Source: Enterobacter phage EspM4VN. Taken from it: a DNA stretch of 64,000 bases. This document shows, one piece after another, positions 37,770-46,487 of this stretch. The notes under the pieces are model-generated. The model had not been told where the DNA came from and searched no databases. It was given only the letters and a program-made list of their open reading frames with translations. Position numbers and translations under genes: made by a program. The stretch lies in the sequence record LC373201.2. One strand, 5' to 3'. The stretch's first letter is position 1, and each line of letters starts with the position of its first letter.

Positions 37770-39410
37770 ATGTCAAAGCCAAGTTTCCTCCAGTTCATGC
37801 AGGAGAAAGACCAGTTGGACGAAGCGTTCAACTCCGCTCCGTATGAGCTGACCATGGGTAAGAAGAACGCAGGCGATGTGTTCTTCACCTTCATCGACGA
37901 AGATGAAAAGGAATACCGCATTCAGTTCTATACCCCACAGGGGCTGGGCAAGAACGTTCGTCAGGTCTTCATCGGCCAGAAACGCGGCTCCGTCTATCCT
38001 GATGCTATCGCTCGCTTCAAGAACCCAATGCGTGTTATCGCCTCCATGATCGAAGCGACCAAGCAGTTCTTGGCGACTCCTCTGGGCAAGACCATCGATG
38101 GCTATGCTGTCAACTTCTCTAAGAAAGCGCTGGATCGCGGGATGACCCTGATTCCAAAGATCATCCGCCAGTCCGGCCTGAAGCAGAAACTGAACGTCAT
38201 GGATCTGACCTACGCGCCTGTCCCTGACCGTGGTTATGTTTGGCTGGTTCGTAAGGGCAAAGATCCGGCTCAGGTATTCGACGGTCCGAAGATGCAGGGC
38301 ATCACCTGGGACGATCCGGACAAGGTCGGCGACGTTCCGGTTCAGTCCAATGCTCCAGACGTAGGGGCTTCGTCAAACAATCCCGATTGGAACATCTCCG
38401 TCATGGCGAAATCCAACGGCATCTTCAGTTCTGTTGTGAAGGTAGTCGGTGCCAACGACGTGACTCTGAGTTCCAACGATCTGGCCATCATGGTCAAAGA
38501 TGGCGCAATGGCGAAGATTGCTCGCACCCAAACCATCGCCCAGGTAACTGTGTTCAACAAAGAGTATGTTGGTCGTGGGGAAGTGGATCGCAAAATCATG
38601 GCGATGTCAGATCGTCAGGGTATGGGTTGGGAACTGAAGTCTGGTGGTAAGATTGTGGCCTATGTTGAATTTGGCGTTGGGGCTGTGGCTCCTGTTCAAA
38701 CCACTGCAGCCGAACTCACAACAGACCGCTGGCGTGCTCTGGTAAACGCATTCTACAAAGTAAATGAACTTCGTGGTGTGTCTTCTTCTACGATGGCCTC
38801 CGGTAGTGTCTCTTTTGGTGCGAAAGGGGCTGTAACAGCGACGATAAACCGTGGCATCAGAAAAGAAGACGATCCCGTCGTATTGACTGTCAAAGCAATT
38901 ACCGAATATGGACCGAATGGGAAGACCATCGGCCAGCCTATCGTCATCCGCGACATCGACATCACCAAACCTTCCAAACTGACCGCAATAGTGCAAACCG
39001 CTATTGACCGCTTGGCACCCTTGGTTCTAGCGACCACTAAAAAGACTGGTGTAGACCTTGCAACATACGCTGGTTCCATCCGCGACAACGCTCCAAAAGG
39101 CCGCGACCTGGATTGGCAGATCTATGCAAGCCGCGATGGCCAGACCCTGAACGTGGACTGGGATATCACCTTCCGTCGTAACACAACCGAAGGTGCTTTC
39201 CGTGAGTTCAAGGCTCAAATCGATCGCGCTAACCAGTACCTGCAGACCCTGTATCAGGATGCGAAGTCTAAGGGATACAACCCGACCGAGCCAAACCTGA
39301 TGACTCTGGCTCGTGCCCAGCAGTCTGACGAATGGGCTGCAAGCAACGGGGAAAGCGCGTACAGCGAGTACGAGCAGTCCCTGGGCGGCAACATGCAGAT
39401 TAAGATCTGA
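37770..39410 (+). CDS. hypothetical protein (546 aa), possibly virion-associated
   Basis: Long ORF with an AGGAGA RBS. A terminator plus late promoter follows it. Confidence 0.55.
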   Translation: MSKPSFLQFMQEKDQLDEAFNSAPYELTMGKKNAGDVFFTFIDEDEKEYRIQFYTPQGLGKNVRQVFIGQKRGSVYPDAIARFKNPMRVIASMIEATKQFLATPLGKTIDGYAVNFSKKALDRGMTLIPKIIRQSGLKQKLNVMDLTYAPVPDRGYVWLVRKGKDPAQVFDGPKMQGITWDDPDKVGDVPVQSNAPDVGASSNNPDWNISVMAKSNGIFSSVVKVVGANDVTLSSNDLAIMVKDGAMAKIARTQTIAQVTVFNKEYVGRGEVDRKIMAMSDRQGMGWELKSGGKIVAYVEFGVGAVAPVQTTAAELTTDRWRALVNAFYKVNELRGVSSSTMASGSVSFGAKGAVTATINRGIRKEDDPVVLTVKAITEYGPNGKTIGQPIVIRDIDITKPSKLTAIVQTAIDRLAPLVLATTKKTGVDLATYAGSIRDNAPKGRDLDWQIYASRDGQTLNVDWDITFRRNTTEGAFREFKAQIDRANQYLQTLYQDAKSKGYNPTEPNLMTLARAQQSDEWAASNGESAYSEYEQSLGGNMQIKI

Positions 39411-39413
39411 TCA

Positions 39414-39442
39414 TCGAAAGCCCCTTCGGGGGCTTATAAATA
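39414..39442 (+). promoter_or_regulatory. terminator hairpin (agcccc-ttcg-ggggct) immediately followed by the T4-type late promoter TATAAATA (39435-39442)
   Basis: Exact TATAAATA 25 nt upstream of the ATG at 39467. Confidence 0.55.
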
Positions 39443-39466
39443 ACTGAAATCCCCGAGGAGATTAAG

Positions 39467-40036
39467 ATGAAACCGTTCCTTCAATACTTCAAAGAACAAG
39501 CCGCTCAGCCTCAGACCCATGCTGGCATCCAGGGCAAGAGTGTATCCATCAAAAGCCAAGCTGATGGAACATTGTGGTGCTCTGGAGCAGTCATCACCCA
39601 GATCACCCCCGACAATCAGGCCGACGTCTATAACCTGGAACTCACTGACGGCAACACAGCAAAAGTCAGACTGACACCAGATCAGACCCATGGCATCACC
39701 CAAGGCCAGGAAGTTGTTGCTGTCCACGGCGGGTTCGAATTCTTCTTCGGCAAGTCTGCTGACAAAGGCCAGGTGACTGAAGCCTATGCTCAGGAACTGG
39801 CGAACATGGACAAGATGATCGGCAACGCGCTGGGTGTTGGCAAATCTCGTAAGAGTGGTCGCACCGAGTTCGAATACTCCGGCATCCCAGGCCATGGCAA
39901 AGCCATCACCGTGAACTTCGGCGGCGAAGACGACCCGTATGTGATCGTCACCTGCAACGGCAAGGAGCAGGACATCAGCAAGGGTAAAAACCTGGCTGCT
40001 GATATCGCCAAGTTCCTCGGCGTTAAGCCTGTCTAA
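39467..40036 (+). CDS. hypothetical late protein (189 aa)
   Basis: A perfect TATAAATA late promoter lies ~25 nt upstream. GAGGAG RBS. Confidence 0.55.
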   Translation: MKPFLQYFKEQAAQPQTHAGIQGKSVSIKSQADGTLWCSGAVITQITPDNQADVYNLELTDGNTAKVRLTPDQTHGITQGQEVVAVHGGFEFFFGKSADKGQVTEAYAQELANMDKMIGNALGVGKSRKSGRTEFEYSGIPGHGKAITVNFGGEDDPYVIVTCNGKEQDISKGKNLAADIAKFLGVKPV

Positions 40037-40045
40037 GGAGGTTGT

Positions 40046-40528
40046 ATGAAAGGGTTTAAAGACTTCCTAACGGAGGCCAAGCAAGTTGGATGGCGTTTAG
40101 TCAAGACTGAATGGACTTGTTCCCTTGTGTACGACAGCAAAGGTCCGAGCTATTCAATCTATCAAGGCAAGACTCCTGGTACGTTCTACGGGCACAAGTC
40201 CCCTAGTGGTTCGGCCATCAAAGGTGAGCCACAGGAATTGGCCGAGAAGCTGAAGCTACCTCCTATCCCAGACGATCTGCTCAAAGCATTCCTGGAGGGG
40301 GTTAAGAATCTAAAGACCGAAGGCGTGGATCACCGGGCGCTGGGGCAGCGTGGCCTGTACGACATCACCGACGTTGGCCGCCCCAACAAAGGCGATCTGA
40401 TTGATTTTTACGATCGCAACGGGGACAAACATCAGGGGAAAGTGAAGTCTGTGAACGCACAGAATATTATGACCCTGACAAACACCAGCACGGGTGAAAC
40501 CGTCAAGCTGACTCTGATCAAGCCGTGA
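40046..40528 (+). CDS. hypothetical protein (160 aa)
   Basis: ORF with a GGAGG RBS. Confidence 0.5.
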   Translation: MKGFKDFLTEAKQVGWRLVKTEWTCSLVYDSKGPSYSIYQGKTPGTFYGHKSPSGSAIKGEPQELAEKLKLPPIPDDLLKAFLEGVKNLKTEGVDHRALGQRGLYDITDVGRPNKGDLIDFYDRNGDKHQGKVKSVNAQNIMTLTNTSTGETVKLTLIKP

Positions 40529-40578
40529 TTACAATCCCCCTAAATACAGGGGGATTTCTTTTTCTGAGGAAACAAATC

Positions 40579-40932
40579 ATGGTTAACGCGAGTATTTTCA
40601 TCAACCGTGGACTGCTTGCTATAGCCCACTCTCATGCCTTGCACTTCGTTACAACGTCCTATGCCAAGCACAAGGCGCTCGGGGAGTTCTACGGGGAACT
40701 GGAGGACTTGCTGGACACGTTTACCGAAGCATACATCGGCGCGGGTGGTCAGTATGTTCCGTCATTTGAGAACATCAAGCTCTACAACCCAGACCCTATC
40801 TCCTATGTCAACAGCGTGGTGATAGACGTCGATGGCATCTACAGGCAATGTGACTCCCACCTTCAGAACACGCTTGATGAAATCAAGACGCTGTGCTATC
40901 AGACGATCTACAAACTGAAGCAACTCGGGTAG
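40579..40932 (+). CDS. hypothetical protein (~118 aa)
   Basis: ATG at 40579 lies within track ORF 40525..40932. Confidence 0.45.
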   Translation: MVNASIFINRGLLAIAHSHALHFVTTSYAKHKALGEFYGELEDLLDTFTEAYIGAGGQYVPSFENIKLYNPDPISYVNSVVIDVDGIYRQCDSHLQNTLDEIKTLCYQTIYKLKQLG

Positions 40933-40991
40933 TTTCTATACAACATGGCGTGAGTATCATATGAGAATCTTTCCCAACAAGGACTCACGCC

Positions 40992-41501
40992 ATGACCTGT
41001 ATATCCATCCCGCATTACATCGCTGGTTTCAATCGCCCAGACAATTCAACTCCGGAAGTGTTCAGGAAGTCACAAAAAGTCATAGAAAAGGCATTGAAGA
41101 CAGCCGTGATTTGTGGTGGGTTTCATCTGTACAAGAAAGTGAAGCATTTCGCTTCACCGAATCTGATCTCTGTTTGTGACCCCTATATTTCCGAAGCGAA
41201 TTGCGTGCCTGTCAATTGTTTCACTTTGCCAAGCGTTGTTATGTCGGAACAATTCAACACTCGTTGTTCTGAAGAATTATTGACGGACTGGCGTTCCCTG
41301 AAGGATCAATATGTGTCATGGGTCAGAACTGCCTATCCCAGCATGGAAATTTACACAGACATCCGTTGTGAAGAAGAGGTGGCCTGTGCTCGCATTTGGG
41401 CGATAGACATTGAGTGTGTAGACTACAGCATGCAGACCCTGCGGTTTATCAACAAAGAAGACGCTATTGCCGCTGTCGAGATGATCAGGGGTGCGATGTA
41501 A
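40992..41501 (+). CDS. hypothetical Cys-rich protein (169 aa)
   Basis: ORF whose stop overlaps the next start (ATGTAATGG). Confidence 0.45.
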   Translation: MTCISIPHYIAGFNRPDNSTPEVFRKSQKVIEKALKTAVICGGFHLYKKVKHFASPNLISVCDPYISEANCVPVNCFTLPSVVMSEQFNTRCSEELLTDWRSLKDQYVSWVRTAYPSMEIYTDIRCEEEVACARIWAIDIECVDYSMQTLRFINKEDAIAAVEMIRGAM

Positions 41502-42112
41502 TGGCCAAGATCTATGTCCCAACGCATCGTGAAGGATGTGAGATCGCGGCCAACTACCTGCGCGGTCGTATGAACTGCGGTGCAGTCTTCATCGAGCCAA
41601 ATTCGTTTGACAACAAAGAGTCACCAGATGCAATCGGATTCCGCTCGGGTGGTTGCTCTATCCTGGCTGAAGTCAAAGTCTCCCGCGCCGACTTCCTCAC
41701 TGACAAGAAGAAGCCTCACCGCATGGATCCAACGACGGGCATGGGCGCATACCGATTTTATGTCTGTCCTCAGGATGTGATCAGGGTTGAAGACCTGCCG
41801 CCGAAGTGGGGACTGTTCTACTTCACATCCCGCAAATCTCTGATGCCCGTTCATGTGCCAGACATGCAGTACTCTTCATTGTCATCACCAGAGCATTATC
41901 AGAAGTATCTTGATGAACAGATCAAGAGAGGAAGAACCGTCACCCGGCATATGCGCAGCTACATGGAACTTCTCGACGGCTTCGCCCACTTTGAGCGCAA
42001 CACGGCTGGAGAACAGAATATCCTGTATGGGGCTTGGCGGCAACTGTGTATAGCTCAAAGTCGTGGTGTAGACTATACTGTGACCGAAGTGTTCCAGAGG
42101 CCGAAGATCTAA
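41501..42112 (+). CDS. putative PD-(D/E)xK-fold nuclease (~204 aa)
   Basis: D...ILAEVKVSRADF is an E-x-K motif after an acidic residue. It sits directly upstream of the primase gene. Confidence 0.4.
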   Translation: MAKIYVPTHREGCEIAANYLRGRMNCGAVFIEPNSFDNKESPDAIGFRSGGCSILAEVKVSRADFLTDKKKPHRMDPTTGMGAYRFYVCPQDVIRVEDLPPKWGLFYFTSRKSLMPVHVPDMQYSSLSSPEHYQKYLDEQIKRGRTVTRHMRSYMELLDGFAHFERNTAGEQNILYGAWRQLCIAQSRGVDYTVTEVFQRPKI

Positions 42113-43170
42113 TGAAATTTCTTGACGAGCAATTTATCAACAACGTGTCACCCCGCCTTGACAAGTTCAAGTGGGAGCGCGTTGGTACTGTCGCAAACTT
42201 CCGTTGTCCCCTGTGTGGTGACTCCACGAAGTCTGCCAACAAGCGCCGTGGATACTTCTTCTATGATCGGGATCATGACTGCTTCCGGTTCAAGTGCCAC
42301 AACTGCAACCAGATGAATGGCTGGTCATTTGAGTTCTGGCTGAAGAAGTTCGATGAGCGTCTCTCAACCGAATACAACATGGAGAAGTTCCGCCTGCTGG
42401 GCGATACGTCGGGCAGACCACTTCCTTCCCTGAAGCCGTTGCCAAAGCTGACACAGACCGCCCGTATCGGCTCGGTGGCGGCGAAACGCGATGAGAGCCT
42501 CCTCGGCAATATGCTGCGCCTTGATCTGCTACCGCCTGACCATAAGGCTCGCCAGTACGTACAGTGGCGTGGACTGCCGGAGAGCACTTGGTCTTTGCTA
42601 TACTATACGCAGCGCTTCCGCGAAGACCTGAAGCTGTTTGAAACAGATCCTGAAAAGCAGCTGAAGATCCCCGACGATGAGCGGCTGGTGATCCCATTCT
42701 GGACGCAAGATGGACGGATGAAGATCGTCCAGGGGCGTGCATTCGACGAATCAGCCACACTGCGGTACGCAACAGTCAAGCCCAAGGATGAAGACACGAA
42801 GGTGTACGGTGAAGACCGTGTGATGTTCAACAAGACCAAATTGGTGGTGGAAGGTCCGATTGACAGCCTCTTCCTGCCCAATTGCATGGCATCAGCTGAC
42901 GCCGACTTATTGAGTGTGAAGGGCGACATCTATATCCCTGACAACCAGTACCGGAACCCACAGGTGTGTGACGGCATTCAGAAGATGATAGATAAAGGTG
43001 TCAAGGTCGTGCTGTTCCCGCCTGACGTTCCGTGGAAGGATATCAACGACATGCTCATGCCCAGCAAGGGTAACATGGCAATACAAGACCTCCTGAAGCT
43101 GATCGCCAAGAACGTCTACCAGGGTATGGCCGCCTCATTACAATTTGCTGAACTGAGGAAAGTGCGATGA
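42112..43170 (+). CDS. 61: DNA primase (T4 gp61 family: zinc ribbon plus TOPRIM)
   Basis: The N-terminal zinc ribbon NFRCPLCGDSTKSANKRRGYFFYD...FKCHNC is as in gp61. The TOPRIM core is LVVEGPIDSLFLPN. Confidence 0.8.
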   Translation: MKFLDEQFINNVSPRLDKFKWERVGTVANFRCPLCGDSTKSANKRRGYFFYDRDHDCFRFKCHNCNQMNGWSFEFWLKKFDERLSTEYNMEKFRLLGDTSGRPLPSLKPLPKLTQTARIGSVAAKRDESLLGNMLRLDLLPPDHKARQYVQWRGLPESTWSLLYYTQRFREDLKLFETDPEKQLKIPDDERLVIPFWTQDGRMKIVQGRAFDESATLRYATVKPKDEDTKVYGEDRVMFNKTKLVVEGPIDSLFLPNCMASADADLLSVKGDIYIPDNQYRNPQVCDGIQKMIDKGVKVVLFPPDVPWKDINDMLMPSKGNMAIQDLLKLIAKNVYQGMAASLQFAELRKVR

Positions 43171-43373
43171 CGTTAGAAGAACTGAACAAACTGGACGACG
43201 GGGAGATTGTGCGGGGGTACTTGAAATCTCGTGAGGGGTATGTCCTATCTGGGGAAGAGTCTCCGAGTTTCATCCACGGCTGGAAGAACGGTCAGGTGGA
43301 CTTCCATGGGGTTCCCATCAGTGCTGAGCAGGCAGAATTGGCTCGCGAGTTTGTAAGAGTCCGCCCGAACTAA
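43167..43373 (+). CDS. hypothetical protein (68 aa)
   Basis: ORF coupled to the primase stop. A terminator follows at ~43397-43420. Confidence 0.4.
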   Translation: MTLEELNKLDDGEIVRGYLKSREGYVLSGEESPSFIHGWKNGQVDFHGVPISAEQAELAREFVRVRPN

Positions 43374-43396
43374 AACTTTTTACTTCACATTAATTC

Positions 43397-43495
43397 CCTC
43401 CAGGCCTCGTCGAATGAGGCCTTTTAAAATACTTCAAAAATATTTTAAAAATTTATTGAAAAAGACTTTACTCTTCAATAATGATGCACTATTAT
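43397..43495 (+). promoter_or_regulatory. terminator (aggcctcgtcgaatgaggcct-ttt), an A/T-rich UP-like tract, then promoter TTTACT-N17-TATTAT
   Basis: Read directly. It drives gene 43569..44057. Confidence 0.5.
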
Positions 43496-43568
43496 AGTTC
43501 ACATAGGGCGGTAACACACCGCCGAATGAAAAGTGAAACGAACCAACTACATTATGAGGAATTACATC

Positions 43569-44057
43569 ATGGCTACTACCAAAACTCTGATCACCAACGG
43601 CACCATCTCTTTCGAACTGAACACCGAAGTTGCTAAAGTTGAAATGTTCCGCATCGCTCAGGCAGCTGGCTTCACTGGTGGCAAAACTTCCTTCATGAAC
43701 CTGCTGAACGGCAAAGTGAAAGCGACCAACGGCTTCACTCTGATCGAGCAGGTTGTGGTTGACAAAGCTGTGGTTGCTAAAACTGCTGACAAAGTTGGCA
43801 TGCTGAAAGGCCTGGGTCACGACATCCACGTCGTTGAAGCGAACACCGAAACTTACGGCACCATCGTAGTCGGTAAAGGTCGCATCCAGCTGAACCCGCT
43901 GAACAACGGTTCCTTCTCTGTGATGGTCTTCCCTAAGAAAGGCTACGCAAACGAAGACATCGTGAAAGCAGCAGGCGGCGAAGCCAAAACCCAGTACGTC
44001 AAAATGGGTAAACTGAGCGCCGACGCAGTTGAAGCTCTGGTGAGCAAACTGGCCTAA
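43569..44057 (+). CDS. hypothetical, probably abundant protein (~162 aa)
   Basis: Strong promoter with an upstream AT tract, a stem-loop leader and a GAGGAATTACATCATG context. Codon usage is biased. The track ORF starts earlier, at 43533. Confidence 0.6.
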   Translation: MATTKTLITNGTISFELNTEVAKVEMFRIAQAAGFTGGKTSFMNLLNGKVKATNGFTLIEQVVVDKAVVAKTADKVGMLKGLGHDIHVVEANTETYGTIVVGKGRIQLNPLNNGSFSVMVFPKKGYANEDIVKAAGGEAKTQYVKMGKLSADAVEALVSKLA

Positions 44058-44118
44058 GCCAGACGCATAACAGGGGAGGCAACTCCCCTCCCATTCAGAT
44101 TTTTGGTAGGAGATTACC

Positions 44119-44307
44119 ATGCCCCGCGCTGTCATTCAAGCCTCTTCAGGCGCTCTCTGGGTTGCTGACCGCATTCCGAACAAAGTCTTCCCTCAGTTCC
44201 AAGAGGAACTCGAGCAGGCGATGTTAGCAGTCCTGGAAAAATACGGGTACGACACTGAAGTTCGTACGTCCTTCAACGAAGTCATGCCAGTGGTGGTAGC
44301 AAGATGA
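44119..44307 (+). CDS. hypothetical protein (62 aa)
   Basis: ORF with a GGAG RBS. Confidence 0.35.
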   Translation: MPRAVIQASSGALWVADRIPNKVFPQFQEELEQAMLAVLEKYGYDTEVRTSFNEVMPVVVAR

Positions 44308-44591
44308 TCACTAACGCTGAATTGGTAAGGCAAGCCAAATTAGATTTGAAAGTGTCATTGGGTCAGACTGACTGGGTGGTCCTATCCGATGACGAAGATT
44401 TCGAGCCGAGATTGGTTCGCAGGTTGACTCGCGAAACCATCATTCTTTCATATCATCGCCGCAATTGCAATTGGTCTGCAAGAGTTATCGGTCAACCATT
44501 TTCTGCCGAGGTCGGACCTTCGGCTCCGGAAGCGTACATCAAATTGCGCAAGGTGGTAGAATTTATGGCATCGATGCTCAAAGACATGTAG
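44304..44591 (+). CDS. hypothetical protein (95 aa)
   Basis: ORF coupled through an ATGA overlap. Confidence 0.4.
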   Translation: MITNAELVRQAKLDLKVSLGQTDWVVLSDDEDFEPRLVRRLTRETIILSYHRRNCNWSARVIGQPFSAEVGPSAPEAYIKLRKVVEFMASMLKDM

Positions 44592-44660
44592 TACAGCAGT
44601 TCCTCAAGTAGTTCACTTTCACTTTAAATACCTCTGCATTCATTGTGGAGGTATTTTCTT

Positions 44661-45455
44661 ATGGCCATTCTAAAACTTGGCACACGCGGCTCTGAAGTCA
44701 AATCACTTCAGCAGAGCCTCAACAAAATCGGCTTCACTCTCGTCGCCGACGGCATCTTTGGTAAGGCAACAGAGAACGCCGTCAAGACCGTTCAGGCGGG
44801 TGCGGGGCTTGTCATCGATGGTATCGTGGGTCCAAAGACCTCCTATGCTATTCGCAACGCCGGAGACGCTCATCAGGATCACCTGACTGAGGCTGACCTT
44901 ATCGACGCAGCCAACCAGCTGGGAGTTGATCTCGCCTCTGTGAAGGCAGTCAACCAGGTGGAATCCCGTGGCACTGGCTTCACCAAGTCTGGTAAGATCA
45001 AGACATTGTTCGAACGCCACATCATGTACAAGAAGCTGATGGCGAAGTTCGGCCAGGCTCGGGCGAATGCCATGGGGCAGATGTATCCGACGTTGGTCAG
45101 TCCTGCAGCAGGCGGGTATACGGGCGGCGACGCGGAGTTGGATCGACTTCAGGCGGCGATCAACATCGACGAGGATTGTGCGTACGAGAGCGCTTCATAT
45201 GGCCTCTTCCAGATCATGGGCTTCAACTGCCAGGTCTGTGGGTACGCCAACGCCAAGGAGATGTTCAATGACTTCCTGACGGGAGAACGTGCTCATCTGA
45301 TGGCATTCGTGAAGTTCATCAAGGCCGACGCCAAGCTCTGGCAGGCTCTGAAGGACAAGAACTGGGCTGAGTTTGCGCGGCGCTATAATGGTCCGGCGTA
45401 TGCCAAGAACCAGTACGACACGAAGCTTGCAGCAGCATACAACAGCTTCAATTAA
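44661..45455 (+). CDS. endolysin: N-terminal peptidoglycan-binding domain plus N-acetylmuramidase domain
   Basis: LKLGTRGSEVKSLQQSLNKIGFTLVADGIFGKATENAVKTVQ is a PG_binding_1 repeat. The C-terminal ...EFARRYNGPAYAKNQYDTKLAAAY is typical of phage muramidases. A terminator follows at 45462-45483. Confidence 0.8.
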   Translation: MAILKLGTRGSEVKSLQQSLNKIGFTLVADGIFGKATENAVKTVQAGAGLVIDGIVGPKTSYAIRNAGDAHQDHLTEADLIDAANQLGVDLASVKAVNQVESRGTGFTKSGKIKTLFERHIMYKKLMAKFGQARANAMGQMYPTLVSPAAGGYTGGDAELDRLQAAINIDEDCAYESASYGLFQIMGFNCQVCGYANAKEMFNDFLTGERAHLMAFVKFIKADAKLWQALKDKNWAEFARRYNGPAYAKNQYDTKLAAAYNSFN

Positions 45456-45461
45456 TCACAA

Positions 45462-45483
45462 GGCCGGAAACGGCCTTTTTCTT
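45462..45483 (+). terminator. intrinsic terminator (ggccg-gaaa-cggcc-tttttctt) after the endolysin gene
   Basis: Stem plus T-run. Confidence 0.55.
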
Positions 45484-45559
45484 TATCCAAGCCTCGGGTA
45501 TGCTGGGTGTGTCGCCTTAATTAAAGGTGATGACACCCCTGAGATATAGGAAGGTTCCC

Positions 45560-46402
45560 ATGCAATCTGCCACCAAAGTTGTAAGTATGAAGCCAGCGGG
45601 CAAGACCAAGTCAGCACGTAAGAAGGAGACAATCCAGAAAGAAGATGACTGGATGAAGTTCTCCAAAGGTGACTTCAGAATCGCTCCGTTCAATGGCCTC
45701 TCAGAGAATCAGAACCTCGCTTATCAATCTGCTCTTGAAGAAAACCTCACCATCGCGATCGGTCCGGCGGGTACAGGTAAATCGTACTGTGGTGCCTCAG
45801 CCGCCGCCAAGCTCCTGATCGATAAAGTTGTCAGCAAGATTGTCATCACGCGCTCTCCGCTGCCAACAGGCCAGACAGCAGGCTTCCGTCCTGGTGACAC
45901 GTACGAAAAGCTCATGCCATACCTGATGCCCCTGATTCAGACGTTGAAGAAGGTACTGAAGACCGACACGGGCAATGATGGTTTCTTCAACTACCTGTGG
46001 GAGAAGCGGATCATCGAGATCCAGGATCTGGAGACCATCAAGGGGATGACCTTTGAAGACACCTTCCTGATCATTGAAGAAGCCCAGGAATGCGATATGG
46101 AGCAGCTGAAGAACCTGCTGACTCGCAACGCAGATTCAACCTACGTCTTTGTAAACGGTGACATCAAGCAGTCCAACAATCGCCTGCGCGACAATGCCCT
46201 TGAGAGATACGTCCATGCTTTCCGTGACTTCAATGCCAAACTCGAAGCCGGAACTCTGGTGATCGACGATGTTGGCGTCGGTGATGAATATCCTGAATGG
46301 GTTCAACCGTTCAGTATCATCGAATTCAACAAGACCGACCGCAACGGACGCGGGGACTTCACCCGCCGTATGCTGGAAGTTAACGATCTGTACGACATTT
46401 AA
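45560..46402 (+). CDS. phoH: PhoH-family ATPase
   Basis: Walker A GPAGTGKS, then IVITRSPLPTGQTAGFRPGDTYEKLMPYLMPL and IIEEAQ match the PhoH signature. Confidence 0.85.
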   Translation: MQSATKVVSMKPAGKTKSARKKETIQKEDDWMKFSKGDFRIAPFNGLSENQNLAYQSALEENLTIAIGPAGTGKSYCGASAAAKLLIDKVVSKIVITRSPLPTGQTAGFRPGDTYEKLMPYLMPLIQTLKKVLKTDTGNDGFFNYLWEKRIIEIQDLETIKGMTFEDTFLIIEEAQECDMEQLKNLLTRNADSTYVFVNGDIKQSNNRLRDNALERYVHAFRDFNAKLEAGTLVIDDVGVGDEYPEWVQPFSIIEFNKTDRNGRGDFTRRMLEVNDLYDI

Positions 46403-46487
46403 GTAACTCACCAACACTCCCCGCCGCCTTCAATCTAAGAGGGCGGCGTATAATAAAACCTGCTTATAACACAAACCGAGGATCGCT

